A stretch of DNA of 64,000 nucleotides from assembly GCA_964406775.1 (NCBI GenBank), contig CAYOSW010000004.1:7392-71391 (forward strand). Direction: 5' to 3'. Shown in pieces: positions 29,675 through 37,962 of this stretch. How positions within the stretch are numbered: position 1 is the stretch's first letter; each line of letters opens with the position of its first letter. The position numbers and the translations under genes were made by a program. Under the pieces are notes generated by a model. The model saw only the letters and a list, made by a program, of their open reading frames with translations, was not told the DNA's origin and ran no database searches. The stretch is from an uncultured Gammaproteobacteria bacterium (GTDB lineage: Bacteria; Patescibacteriota; Microgenomatia; Daviesbacterales; UBA10151).

Positions 29675-30562
29675 TTATTCCTTGATACTTTTTATTTTTT
29701 TCTCTAACTCTTCTAACTGTTTCAACGCTTCTTTTGCTTGTTCTCCTTTTGCAGGAGCTCCTTCAATGTCCATCCCGTCCGGTGGTGCACCGTGCCATTC
29801 ATATCTATTTTCCATATAGGAAACTCCTTTTCCGGGGATTGTGTTAGCAATAATCATTGTCGGTTTATCGTATATAACTTTGGCATCCTCGCAGGCATTA
29901 ATTATTTCATCAAAACTGTGACCGTTAATTTCAATTACATTCCAATTAAACGCCCGGTATTTATCGGCAACCGGATCAAGCTTCATAATATCCTCCGTGT
30001 GCCCGTCAATCTGCATATTATTGCGGTCCATTATCACTGTCAGATTTCCCAATTTATAATTGGCGGCAAACATAATTGCTTCCCAGGTATTACCTTCCTG
30101 ATGTTCGCCGTCCGAAGTCACGCAGTAAACACGCCAGGGCTTCTTATCCCGAATCCCGACTAAAGCCATCCCCGCAGCTTGGGATAAACCTGAGCCCAAC
30201 GGACCGGAAGTTGTTTCAAGGCCCGGCAGAGCCTCTCTGTGCGGATGACCCTGCAAGCGGGTTCCAAGTTTGCGCAAAGTCTTCAGCTCATCAACCGGAA
30301 AAAATCCCCTGCGCGCCATAGCCGAATACATAACAGGGCAAATATGTCCGCAGGATAAAACAAACCTATCCCTCTCATCCCAACCGGGTTTTTCCGGATT
30401 TATATTTAAAATTTTGAAGAAAAGAGCGGTAAAAACATCAGCCATCCCCAGAGGTCCGCCTGAATGACCCGAGCCGGCTTCAACCAGCATCTTAATAATA
30501 TCCCGGCGGATTTCATTTGCCTGAAGTTCCAAATCCTTGAATTCGTGCGGGGACAGCTGCAT
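29675..30562 (-). CDS. Transketolase, N-terminal (TPP-binding) subunit
   Basis: GSGHSGG, LSCGH, LQGHP, SDGEHQEG...N TPP motif. Confidence 0.95.
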   Translation of the reverse strand: MQLSPHEFKDLELQANEIRRDIIKMLVEAGSGHSGGPLGMADVFTALFFKILNINPEKPGWDERDRFVLSCGHICPVMYSAMARRGFFPVDELKTLRKLGTRLQGHPHREALPGLETTSGPLGSGLSQAAGMALVGIRDKKPWRVYCVTSDGEHQEGNTWEAIMFAANYKLGNLTVIMDRNNMQIDGHTEDIMKLDPVADKYRAFNWNVIEINGHSFDEIINACEDAKVIYDKPTMIIANTIPGKGVSYMENRYEWHGAPPDGMDIEGAPAKGEQAKEALKQLEELEKKIKSIKE

Positions 30563-30598
30563 AAATTTAGTGTATCACGTAGTGAAAAAGTTACAAAG

Positions 30599-31270
30599 CT
30601 ATATCGAAAAACCGTCAGTGGAAACCTTGAGATGGCCGTCGTGGTCACCGTGATCAATCTCGCACTCAAAGTCGTATATAGCCTGTAAAACATCTTCCGG
30701 ATTATCTACAATCTTATAGACCTTGAGCTCCTCGGGCCGCATTAACATATTTTCTTTGAAAACTTCGATAATCTTATGCCAAAACTTGCCGTATAAAATT
30801 AACGGCTTGTGATGACCGAAATAAAGACGGGCCAATCCCCAAGCCATACCGAACTCCGAAATCGTTCCGGTCCCGCCTTTAAAAATCACATAAATCTGAC
30901 CCTGCTTCATCAGGGTTAAGGTTCTTTCAACATAGGTGTTAGTTTTAATTTCCTTATCGAGTAAGTTTTTGGGGTCTTTGCCCTCGAAGTTTTTCATATC
31001 CTTAGGATATAAAGTTACGCCTATGACTTTTCCCCCGCCTTCTTTTGCCCCGAGGGAGGCTGCCAGCATTACTCCGGGACCTCCGCCGTCAACAACCGTA
31101 TAACCGGCTTCAGCTAATCTTTTTGAAACTTTGAAAACATCGCGGAATAAATCATCTTTATTATCCGTGTTAGCGTGGCCGAAGATGGCTATGTTTTTAA
31201 TTCTTTCGGCACGCAATTCACACTTTCTGCGTGCTTTAAATAATCTCCCAAATTTTTTCAACATTTTCAT
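30599..31270 (-). CDS. LOG-family nucleotide phosphoribohydrolase
   Basis: GGGPGVM, ERT, GGTGTISE; true start may be a few codons downstream. Confidence 0.85.
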   Translation of the reverse strand: MKMLKKFGRLFKARRKCELRAERIKNIAIFGHANTDNKDDLFRDVFKVSKRLAEAGYTVVDGGGPGVMLAASLGAKEGGGKVIGVTLYPKDMKNFEGKDPKNLLDKEIKTNTYVERTLTLMKQGQIYVIFKGGTGTISEFGMAWGLARLYFGHHKPLILYGKFWHKIIEVFKENMLMRPEELKVYKIVDNPEDVLQAIYDFECEIDHGDHDGHLKVSTDGFSI

Positions 31271-31874
31271 CTAAATCCCCGTTTAAAAGAAAAGATCCGA
31301 TAACCAGTTGATCAACTCCCGCTTCAACTAAATCTTTTGCGTTTGTATCCCTTACCGACCCATCAACGGAAATGTTTACATTCCAGTCTTTGGATTTTAA
31401 TTTCTTAACTCTATCTATTGTAGCAGGAATAAAGGGCTGACCCTGAAAACCGGGAATTATACCCATAACCAGAATCTGATCAATCTTATCTTTAAAAGGC
31501 TCAAGCGCTTCAAGAGCTGTCGTATCATTGATGGCAATTCCGGCTTCCATACCTGCATCTTTTACCGCATCGATCACCTCATTCATCTCATCTTTACACT
31601 CAAAATGAAAAATAACTCTATCAAAGCCTGCGTCTTTTAACTTTTTAACCCACTCCAAAGGATGGGAAACCATCAAATGAGCTTCCTTTTTGAGATTTAT
31701 CTCCACTTTTCCGACCTCCTCGGGACTAATAGTTTCGTTCGGGACAAAGTCGTTATCGGCAAAATCTATATGCACCCAGCCTTCCTGAAAGGAATGCGAA
31801 TTTTTAAGTCTTTCAATATGGGTTTTAAATTCCCCGATTGTTTTATCGAGGATTGCCGGAACTATCAGGATCAT
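31236..31874 (-). CDS. rpe: Ribulose-phosphate 3-epimerase
   Basis: HIDFAD, EAHLMV, PGFQGQPF, VDGS. Confidence 0.92.
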   Translation of the reverse strand: MILIVPAILDKTIGEFKTHIERLKNSHSFQEGWVHIDFADNDFVPNETISPEEVGKVEINLKKEAHLMVSHPLEWVKKLKDAGFDRVIFHFECKDEMNEVIDAVKDAGMEAGIAINDTTALEALEPFKDKIDQILVMGIIPGFQGQPFIPATIDRVKKLKSKDWNVNISVDGSVRDTNAKDLVEAGVDQLVIGSFLLNGDLDENVEKIWEII

Positions 31875-32380
31875 TTGTATAAATTTTCTTCAATTTTCTT
31901 AATCTTTTCAATCCTTCTTTCGTGTCTCTCATCTCCGGAATATCTAGAGTCCAGAAACAGCTTCACTGCGCGGGCTGCATCCTCCTCCGATAAAAACCTT
32001 GCACCCAAAGAAAGCATATTGGAATTGTTGTGCTCCCGGGTTAATCTGAGCATTTCAAAAGGATCATCGCTCGTTGTACCGGTAATATCGGTTGCGACCG
32101 GCGGAATCATCGGACCATAAAAGAGTGCGCATCTGACATTTTTAAACTTATTCGCAACTATTGCCTCCCCCTGACCTGATCCTCCGAAGACGATTCCGAA
32201 ACTTTCCGGGTTTTCCGAAACCTTGGCTGCCGCTTTTGAGATTAAATCAGGATAATCGTCGTTCTTATCAAATTCGAGGGCTCCGCAATCCTCAACGTCG
32301 TGTCCCTCGCTCCTTAAAAAATCAGCGATTTTATTTTTCAACTCAAAGCCTGCGTGATCAGTTCCGAGATAAATCTTCAT
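31871..32380 (-). CDS. rpiB: Ribose-5-phosphate isomerase B (RpiB/LacAB); start ATG 32380
   Basis: MKIYLGTDHAG, DDYP, GGSGQG, REHNNSN, RHERR. Confidence 0.92.
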   Translation of the reverse strand: MKIYLGTDHAGFELKNKIADFLRSEGHDVEDCGALEFDKNDDYPDLISKAAAKVSENPESFGIVFGGSGQGEAIVANKFKNVRCALFYGPMIPPVATDITGTTSDDPFEMLRLTREHNNSNMLSLGARFLSEEDAARAVKLFLDSRYSGDERHERRIEKIKKIEENLYK

Positions 32381-32437
32381 ACGCATAGCGTATAGTTTAC
32401 AGCTTTGGAAATCAAGGGATGAACTACTTTGATCCAG

Positions 32438-32525
32438 TTGAAGAAAGCCTGAATTTTTGCTTATAATGATGATGCTCAAACTAAAAAGTGGGTTTTCGAG
32501 AATACCGGCTACGTGCCGGTTTTTT
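32438..32525 (+). ncRNA. Candidate ~50-nt small RNA: promoter TTGAAG-18-TATAAT then intrinsic terminator ACCGGC-tacgt-GCCGGT-T5
   Basis: Promoter at 32438-32467 and terminator at 32504-32525 with no upstream plus-strand gene to terminate. Confidence 0.35.
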
Positions 32526-32559
32526 CGTGATTTATACTCATTAATTAATAACCTATAGT

Positions 32560-32588
32560 TTGATATTCTCTCTCGCCCTTGTTATAAT
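32560..32588 (+). promoter_or_regulatory. Sigma70 promoter TTGATA-17-TATAAT (extended -10), leaderless
   Basis: -10 ends 6 nt before ATG 32595. Confidence 0.7.
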
Positions 32589-32594
32589 TTCCGG

Positions 32595-33557
32595 ATGGCT
32601 GTTGCAGGCGTAGAGACCGAATATCATTTTAATACTCACGATGCGCTTAGAAAACTTTTGAGAGGTGTTTCACCTACTACAGTGTTTGTCCATCCTATTT
32701 TTCCAGATAAATTGCCCTGCCTCTCAGAAGAAGATCTCAAAGTCGGTCGCCTCAGTAAGAATGCTGATATTAAAAAAGCTATGGTTGGAGTTTTGCAAAG
32801 TGCGGCCTCAGCAGATATCGCCCACGCTTTTTTGCACACCTCAATACCGGCTTCAAGTCAAAGAGGAAGATACTCTCCTGGCATAAAAGCAACTGTAAAT
32901 TTAATTGATGCTTGCATATTCCCACAGTTTGAAGAAACTGTTCGGCCTGCTTTTTATGGAGTTTTAGATGCTTATCATTCAGGCTCCATACAGGCACCTC
33001 TCCTTGACCGTTTGATAGCAATTTACGGACCTCTCCTTGAACCGGCTCCTTCTGTAACAAGAATGGAGGTTGGTGCTAAATTCAGCAGAAACCGCAAAAC
33101 TTTGGATCTTTATACGAAGGATTACACACACATTCTTGCAGATTTGTTTGAAATCGAAAGCAAGAAGAGACCAGATGTATCAGAGTTATCAGATCTAATA
33201 GAGCACTCGACTTCAATTATAGGTGCGATGGCAGTTCGTAGTACCCAATTCTTATTGACTGCGTCTTTTGTCTTAACAGGCGATACAAGACCAACCGTCA
33301 ACCCATATAATCCAACCAATTTTCAGTTAACTCGCCGTCCCGACGGTAAACTTTCCGGCAAAATCCGCAGAAATGTCCGGGAAAAATTTGAGTCTGAATA
33401 TCCGAACACCTTAAGATTGGCTCCTCGAGATGAACCCTTTCTCGTCACAGGCTGTCCTGCAGCCTCCGACTTGATTGAGCTTGTACTTCAACGATATGCA
33501 CAAGCTGTACGAAATAATGCCGAGGGCAACTACAACACCTACAAAACAGTAGAATGA
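32595..33557 (+). CDS. Hypothetical protein with C-terminal GCPA motif
   Basis: 320-aa ORF with its own promoter; no recognised domain. Confidence 0.7.
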   Translation: MAVAGVETEYHFNTHDALRKLLRGVSPTTVFVHPIFPDKLPCLSEEDLKVGRLSKNADIKKAMVGVLQSAASADIAHAFLHTSIPASSQRGRYSPGIKATVNLIDACIFPQFEETVRPAFYGVLDAYHSGSIQAPLLDRLIAIYGPLLEPAPSVTRMEVGAKFSRNRKTLDLYTKDYTHILADLFEIESKKRPDVSELSDLIEHSTSIIGAMAVRSTQFLLTASFVLTGDTRPTVNPYNPTNFQLTRRPDGKLSGKIRRNVREKFESEYPNTLRLAPRDEPFLVTGCPAASDLIELVLQRYAQAVRNNAEGNYNTYKTVE

Positions 33558-33624
33558 TTGCCCTGAATATCTACTGGACATTTTAATTCAAACGTTCTAG
33601 TATGGGGTTTCTTCGGTTTTGCAT

Positions 33625-35034
33625 ATGGACTTGCCCAAGAATCTCACTTTTGTTGATATTGAAACCACAGGTGGCTCGGTAACCGCCGACCGGATTATTG
33701 AAATCGGAATTTTAAAAGTCCGCGACAATAAACTTGAAAAAACTTACCAGACTTTTTTAAATCCCGACCGTCCGCTTCCGGGAGAAATCCAACTTTTAAC
33801 CGGGATTAACCCTTCGGATTTAGAAAAAGCTCCTTCTTTTTTTGATATTAAAGACGATCTGCAGGAGTATTTTAATGAATCGGTGTTTGTGGCGCATAAC
33901 GCCAGGTTTGATTACGGATTTTTAAAGCAGGAATTTTTGCGTTACGGGGTAAAATTTACTCCCCGCCAGCTTTGCACAGTAAAGCTTTCAAGATTACTTT
34001 TCCCCGAGCACAGACACCATAATTTAGACAGCATTATTGAGAGATTCCGGTTTGATATCCAAAACCGTCACCGGGCTTTTTCGGACGCCAAAATTCTGTG
34101 GGATTTTTATCAGGAAATTCAAAATCTTTTTCCGCCGGAAAAATTAGTTCAAACTGTGAGCCATATCTTAAAAAAGCCCAACACTCCGCCGGGCTTAAAA
34201 ACTTTCGACCTCTCCCATCTTCCCGAATCGCCGGGAGTTTATATTTTTTACGGAAAATCCGGTGTTCCTCTTTACGTAGGAAAATCGAAAAATATCCGAG
34301 AGCGGGTTTTTAATCATTTTTCATTGAGTGCCGGCAATTCGCTGGAGATGAAAATCTATAATCAGGTAGAGAGTGTTGAGTTCGTCGAAACAGCCGGAGA
34401 GCTTGGCGCATTTCTAAAAGAATCGGAAATGATAAAAAAGTTAATGCCTCTATATAACCGTATGCTGCGGAATAAGGAGAAACTCACAGTTGCCAGGAAA
34501 GATTTAATTGACGGAATTTTTACAATAAAGCTTGAGGAAAGTGATTTCATAGGTTCTGATTCACTCAGCGAAATTATGGGAGTTTTTAAAAATAAAAGGA
34601 CAGCCCGAGAAAATTTAGTGGCTCTTGCTAAAGAATTTAATCTTTGCGACAGATTTTTGGATTTGGAAAAAACAAAAAGTTCCTGCTTTAATTACCGCCT
34701 GGGTAAATGTTCCGGTATATGCGCAGGGAAAGAGAATACAGCTAAATATAATCTGAGATTTATTGAGGCTTTTATAAGTTCCAAAATAAAATCCTGGCCC
34801 TATAAGGGGCCTATTATAATAAAGGAAGTGAGTGAAAACTCCGGTAAAGAGGAACAATTCTTGGCGGATAATTGGTGCATTATTCAAAAACACGAAGGCG
34901 ACAACGATATCATAAAAGATCTGGAGTTTGACCTCGATGCATATAAAATTTTAAAAAGATTCCTCTTTAAAAATCCCAACCAAATAGTACTAAAAAATTA
35001 CGGGGAGGCCGTTTTTTCACCCGACCTCCCCTGA
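33625..35034 (+). CDS. DEDDh 3'-5' exonuclease (DnaQ-like) fused to GIY-YIG/UvrC-like (Cho-like) domain
   Basis: VDIETTG, HNARFD, HRAFSDA; PGVYIF..LYVGKS..R; Cys cluster; promoter TGGACA-17-TAGTAT upstream. Confidence 0.9.
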   Translation: MDLPKNLTFVDIETTGGSVTADRIIEIGILKVRDNKLEKTYQTFLNPDRPLPGEIQLLTGINPSDLEKAPSFFDIKDDLQEYFNESVFVAHNARFDYGFLKQEFLRYGVKFTPRQLCTVKLSRLLFPEHRHHNLDSIIERFRFDIQNRHRAFSDAKILWDFYQEIQNLFPPEKLVQTVSHILKKPNTPPGLKTFDLSHLPESPGVYIFYGKSGVPLYVGKSKNIRERVFNHFSLSAGNSLEMKIYNQVESVEFVETAGELGAFLKESEMIKKLMPLYNRMLRNKEKLTVARKDLIDGIFTIKLEESDFIGSDSLSEIMGVFKNKRTARENLVALAKEFNLCDRFLDLEKTKSSCFNYRLGKCSGICAGKENTAKYNLRFIEAFISSKIKSWPYKGPIIIKEVSENSGKEEQFLADNWCIIQKHEGDNDIIKDLEFDLDAYKILKRFLFKNPNQIVLKNYGEAVFSPDLP

Positions 35035-35042
35035 AGTACATC

Positions 35043-35354
35043 TCATTTTAATCTCCTTCTTACTGCTTTAAGCAGCTGGGGGTTTACGTAAACTCCCCTT
35101 TTTTCAAAATCCTGATATGCCCAGCCTAAAACGTCTTTGGCATATTTCTGATCATTTGTTGCCAAAGTATGAGCAAATCCAGACAATTCTCTAAGCAATC
35201 CGGATTGTCCGACTATCTTGGCAAGTCTCGCCCTATCGTGAGGCCTGTCGATGCTCGCCATAGCCATCCGCATTGAAGTTTCGGTTACAGCTGTTTTCCA
35301 ATGTTCCGTGGATACAAACGCGACATCCTGTCTTCTTTGTTGTTCAACTACCAT
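35043..35354 (-). CDS. Hypothetical 103-aa protein co-transcribed with the ATP-grasp gene
   Basis: Starts 2 nt after the ATP-grasp stop, strong SD AAAGGAGGTGA. Confidence 0.7.
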   Translation of the reverse strand: MVVEQQRRQDVAFVSTEHWKTAVTETSMRMAMASIDRPHDRARLAKIVGQSGLLRELSGFAHTLATNDQKYAKDVLGWAYQDFEKRGVYVNPQLLKAVRRRLK

Positions 35355-35356
35355 TA

Positions 35357-36328
35357 TTATTCACCTCCTTTCAAAACTTTTTTGTATTCCTCAATAAAAA
35401 AATCGGCCAGCATTCCCCAACCGTCAATCCCGTACTCCTGCTTGAAAGAAGAGCGTAAAATCGAAAGGGCGTTAATGTCATAAACGAACCAATCTCCTTT
35501 TTGATCAACCAAATATTCAACACCTCCGCATTCCAGTCCGGCTTTTTGCACTGTTTTTTCTATGGCTTTTACAATTCCAGAAGGAATATCCCGAAAAAGT
35601 TCAAAGCGGACTGAGTCTCCGGGATTTGCAACACAATACCCGATTTCATTTTTCGCTTCGCCTCTCTCTATATCACAGGAGTCCGAAGGACATAAATTAA
35701 AAGTTCCCGGGGTAAAAACTTTCATCGCATAAATAACTTTTCCGTTAATAGTTTCTACCCTGATGATGTTATTTTCTTTCGGCTGTATAAATTCTTGAAG
35801 AATCAATAAATTATCAGTAGGCATAATTAAAGATTTGTCACCAATCGCATCAGCAAGAGACCGCTTTGACGTAAATTTTTGAATCCCCACCCCCGAACCT
35901 CCCAAATTAGGTTTGATGACTACCGGGAAAGTAAGTGAATCGATATTTTTTAGAATCCCGGATAATGAATTAACTATCACCGACTTTGGCTGAGGAATAC
36001 CCCAACTCCTTAGTAGCGACAACTGAAATGCCTTGTTTGTCTCAAGAATGACTGCCCTGGAACCGTTTATCACTCTTTTTCCTAAAGATTCCAAATATAG
36101 GATGTAATTTAATGTGAATGAGAAAGCCGATGAGTGATTACGGTTTCCCGCACTTGGACTTAAACGGTTTACAAAAAAAGGATATTTTATACCTGAAGTT
36201 GCATCGTATGCGGATGATGAGATATCCATCCTTTCATAGGAAATGTTTCTTCCGGAAAATTCCTGATATAGGGCGTCCAGCCAGAATGGATGTTCGTCTA
36301 AAATAATAATCGGTTGTTTATTGCTCAT
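35357..36328 (-). CDS. ATP-grasp ligase (RimK/glutathione synthetase-like)
   Basis: NRLSPS, VING, VIKPNLGGSGVGI, LQEFI, FNLCPSDSC, GGVEY, YDINA; SD GAGG. Confidence 0.88.
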   Translation of the reverse strand: MSNKQPIIILDEHPFWLDALYQEFSGRNISYERMDISSSAYDATSGIKYPFFVNRLSPSAGNRNHSSAFSFTLNYILYLESLGKRVINGSRAVILETNKAFQLSLLRSWGIPQPKSVIVNSLSGILKNIDSLTFPVVIKPNLGGSGVGIQKFTSKRSLADAIGDKSLIMPTDNLLILQEFIQPKENNIIRVETINGKVIYAMKVFTPGTFNLCPSDSCDIERGEAKNEIGYCVANPGDSVRFELFRDIPSGIVKAIEKTVQKAGLECGGVEYLVDQKGDWFVYDINALSILRSSFKQEYGIDGWGMLADFFIEEYKKVLKGGE

Positions 36329-36355
36329 TTTTTATCCTCACAAAATTTGGCCACT

Positions 36356-36403
36356 AAAAAAGCCCTTGCTTGCTTACTAGTTTCCTAATAAACAAACAAG
36401 GGC
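36356..36403 (-). terminator. Intrinsic terminator of the T-box leader
   Basis: GCCCUUGUUUGUUUAUUAG-GAAA-CUAGUAAGCAAGCAAGGGC followed by U6. Confidence 0.9.
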
Positions 36404-36600
36404 CTTCAAAAGGCGGTTCCACCTTGCTTCATCCGTTACCGGATCTCATTCCCTGACTCCTCCTCGCTGTGCTCTGAGTAAACTTTAAAGTCCACATCGA
36501 ACGAAGTGAGATGACATCAGTTTGTAATATTTTACAGTTTTACTTCTGTAATCCATTTTTGGATTCAGCTCCCGGATCGCAACTCCAGTCAAACGCTTGT
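36356..36600 (-). ncRNA. Transcriptional T-box riboswitch with ultrashort Stem I; predicted Cys (UGC) specifier
   Basis: Antiterminator CAAGG-UGGAACC-GCCUU-uug-AAGGC-CCUUG (36426-36397); overlapping terminator; Stem III AUCCG-GUAA-CGGAU (36444-36431); K-turn Stem I AGC-guuu-GA-CUGGA-GUUGCGA-UCCGG-GA-GCU (36597-36567). Confidence 0.9.
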
Positions 36601-36606
36601 AAGTGT

Positions 36607-36636
36607 TTTATATCAAACTTTAGGCTCGGATGTCAA
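36607..36636 (-). promoter_or_regulatory. Sigma70 promoter TTGACA-18-TATAAA (TGn extended) driving the T-box leader
   Basis: Predicted TSS falls a few nt before Stem I. Confidence 0.75.
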
Positions 36637-36719
36637 CTATCCCTATTTTTTGAATGCTGATAGAAAACTCCACATCGTAATTATTTGGAATATACATAAT
36701 TTGCAGTAAAATACCGAAT

Positions 36720-36923
36720 ATGAACGAGATAGTAAAAAATTATGTGCAGAACTTCAGGACTGCCAGAAAAATGACTCAAGAAGATCTTGCACGGACCATA
36801 GGAGTAACTAGACAAACAATTATCGCAATTGAAAAGGGTAACTACACACCATCAGTCTTGTTAGCGTTAAAAATTGCCAAGTTCTTTAAGTCTTCTGTTG
36901 AAAAAATATTTAGATTAGAATAG
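36720..36923 (+). CDS. XRE-family HTH transcriptional regulator
   Basis: MTQEDLA..IGVTRQTIIAIEKGNYTPS. Confidence 0.93.
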   Translation: MNEIVKNYVQNFRTARKMTQEDLARTIGVTRQTIIAIEKGNYTPSVLLALKIAKFFKSSVEKIFRLE

Positions 36924-36930
36924 ACATACT

Positions 36931-37284
36931 ATGCTCACTGAAACATTAACACTAATAATTATTTTCATTATTGCAATTATTTTTTTGAATCCGGGCCATC
37001 TGGCAATGCCTGATACAATCAATTCAATTTTAATATTCGGGTTTATTTTAGCGTTCCTAATCTTTGCTGCATTCATTATTCGCGAAAAATCATCCGACGA
37101 GAGAGAGTCTTTACATATACTAAAAGCCGGCCGGCTATCCTACTTAACGGGGGTGGGGGTATTAGTTTTGGGAATAATTTTCCAGGCACTTAAACACGAG
37201 GTAGATCCCTGGTTAGTCTTGGCAATATGTGCTATGACCCTATCAAAGATAATCTCTAGAATATATTCAAGATTCAAACTCTGA
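36931..37284 (+). CDS. Small membrane protein (DERE motif, DUF2178-like) paired with the XRE regulator
   Basis: 4 TM segments with 'DERE..H'. Confidence 0.75.
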   Translation: MLTETLTLIIIFIIAIIFLNPGHLAMPDTINSILIFGFILAFLIFAAFIIREKSSDERESLHILKAGRLSYLTGVGVLVLGIIFQALKHEVDPWLVLAICAMTLSKIISRIYSRFKL

Positions 37285-37301
37285 GTCATTTTAGCCTTAG
37301 G

Positions 37302-37344
37302 ATGTAAAGCGTACTTGACATTATGTTTCCAGCGGGGCTAGAAT
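37302..37344 (+). promoter_or_regulatory. Promoter TTGACA-18-TAGAAT with palindrome ATGTAAAG-N4-CTTGACAT over the -35 (putative XRE operator)
   Basis: 7/8 inverted repeat at 37302-37321. Confidence 0.6.
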
Positions 37345-37364
37345 AATTTCAAGGGGGTGAGTTT

Positions 37365-37919
37365 ATGAAATATGCAAGCATAGGAATTGTTGTTTTAGTT
37401 ATTTTAGCGATCGGAGGATTCTATCTTTACTTTCAAAATCAAACAGCTTCCGACTCTATGATGAAGCAGGACGAAGTTATGATGGAGCAGTCCGGTGATT
37501 CAATGGAGAAAACAGATTCTATGATGGATAAAGCTTCAGGAACCGATTCCGGAGCTATGATGGGAGATAAGGCATCAGCAGATAATATGATGTCCGGGGG
37601 AGGCTATCAGCCGTTCTCTCAAAGCGCTTTCGACAGCGCCAAAGGTGATAAAAGAGTTTTATTCTTCTTTGCCAACTGGTGTCCGACCTGTAAGCCTATC
37701 GATGCAGAATTGAGTGCAAATGCAGCTAAAATACCCGAAGGAATTGAAATATTCAGAGTTAACTATAATGATACAGACACCGATGCAGCAGATAAGGAAC
37801 TTGCTGCAAAGTATGGTATTACATATCAGCACACGTTTGTTCAAGTTGATGCTTCAGGAGGCGAAATCGCTAAATGGAACGGTGGCGGACTGGACAAGAT
37901 AGTTTCGATGGTTAAATGA
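37365..37919 (+). CDS. Membrane-anchored thioredoxin-family protein with Met-rich linker
   Basis: N-terminal TM, repeated MM motifs, WCPTC, YGITYQHT. Confidence 0.88.
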   Translation: MKYASIGIVVLVILAIGGFYLYFQNQTASDSMMKQDEVMMEQSGDSMEKTDSMMDKASGTDSGAMMGDKASADNMMSGGGYQPFSQSAFDSAKGDKRVLFFFANWCPTCKPIDAELSANAAKIPEGIEIFRVNYNDTDTDAADKELAAKYGITYQHTFVQVDASGGEIAKWNGGGLDKIVSMVK

Positions 37920-37962
37920 TAGTATGGAACAAGGACAGGTAAAACTGTCTTTGTTTTTCACT

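Noticed and set aside
32381-32479. N-terminal extension of rpiB from TTG 32479
   Set aside because: The family starts at MKIYLGTDHAG; the extension covers promoter DNA
33576-33604. Possible SOS/LexA box upstream of the exonuclease-GIY-YIG gene
   Set aside because: A promoter is visible but I found no convincing palindrome or direct repeat matching a LexA motif I know
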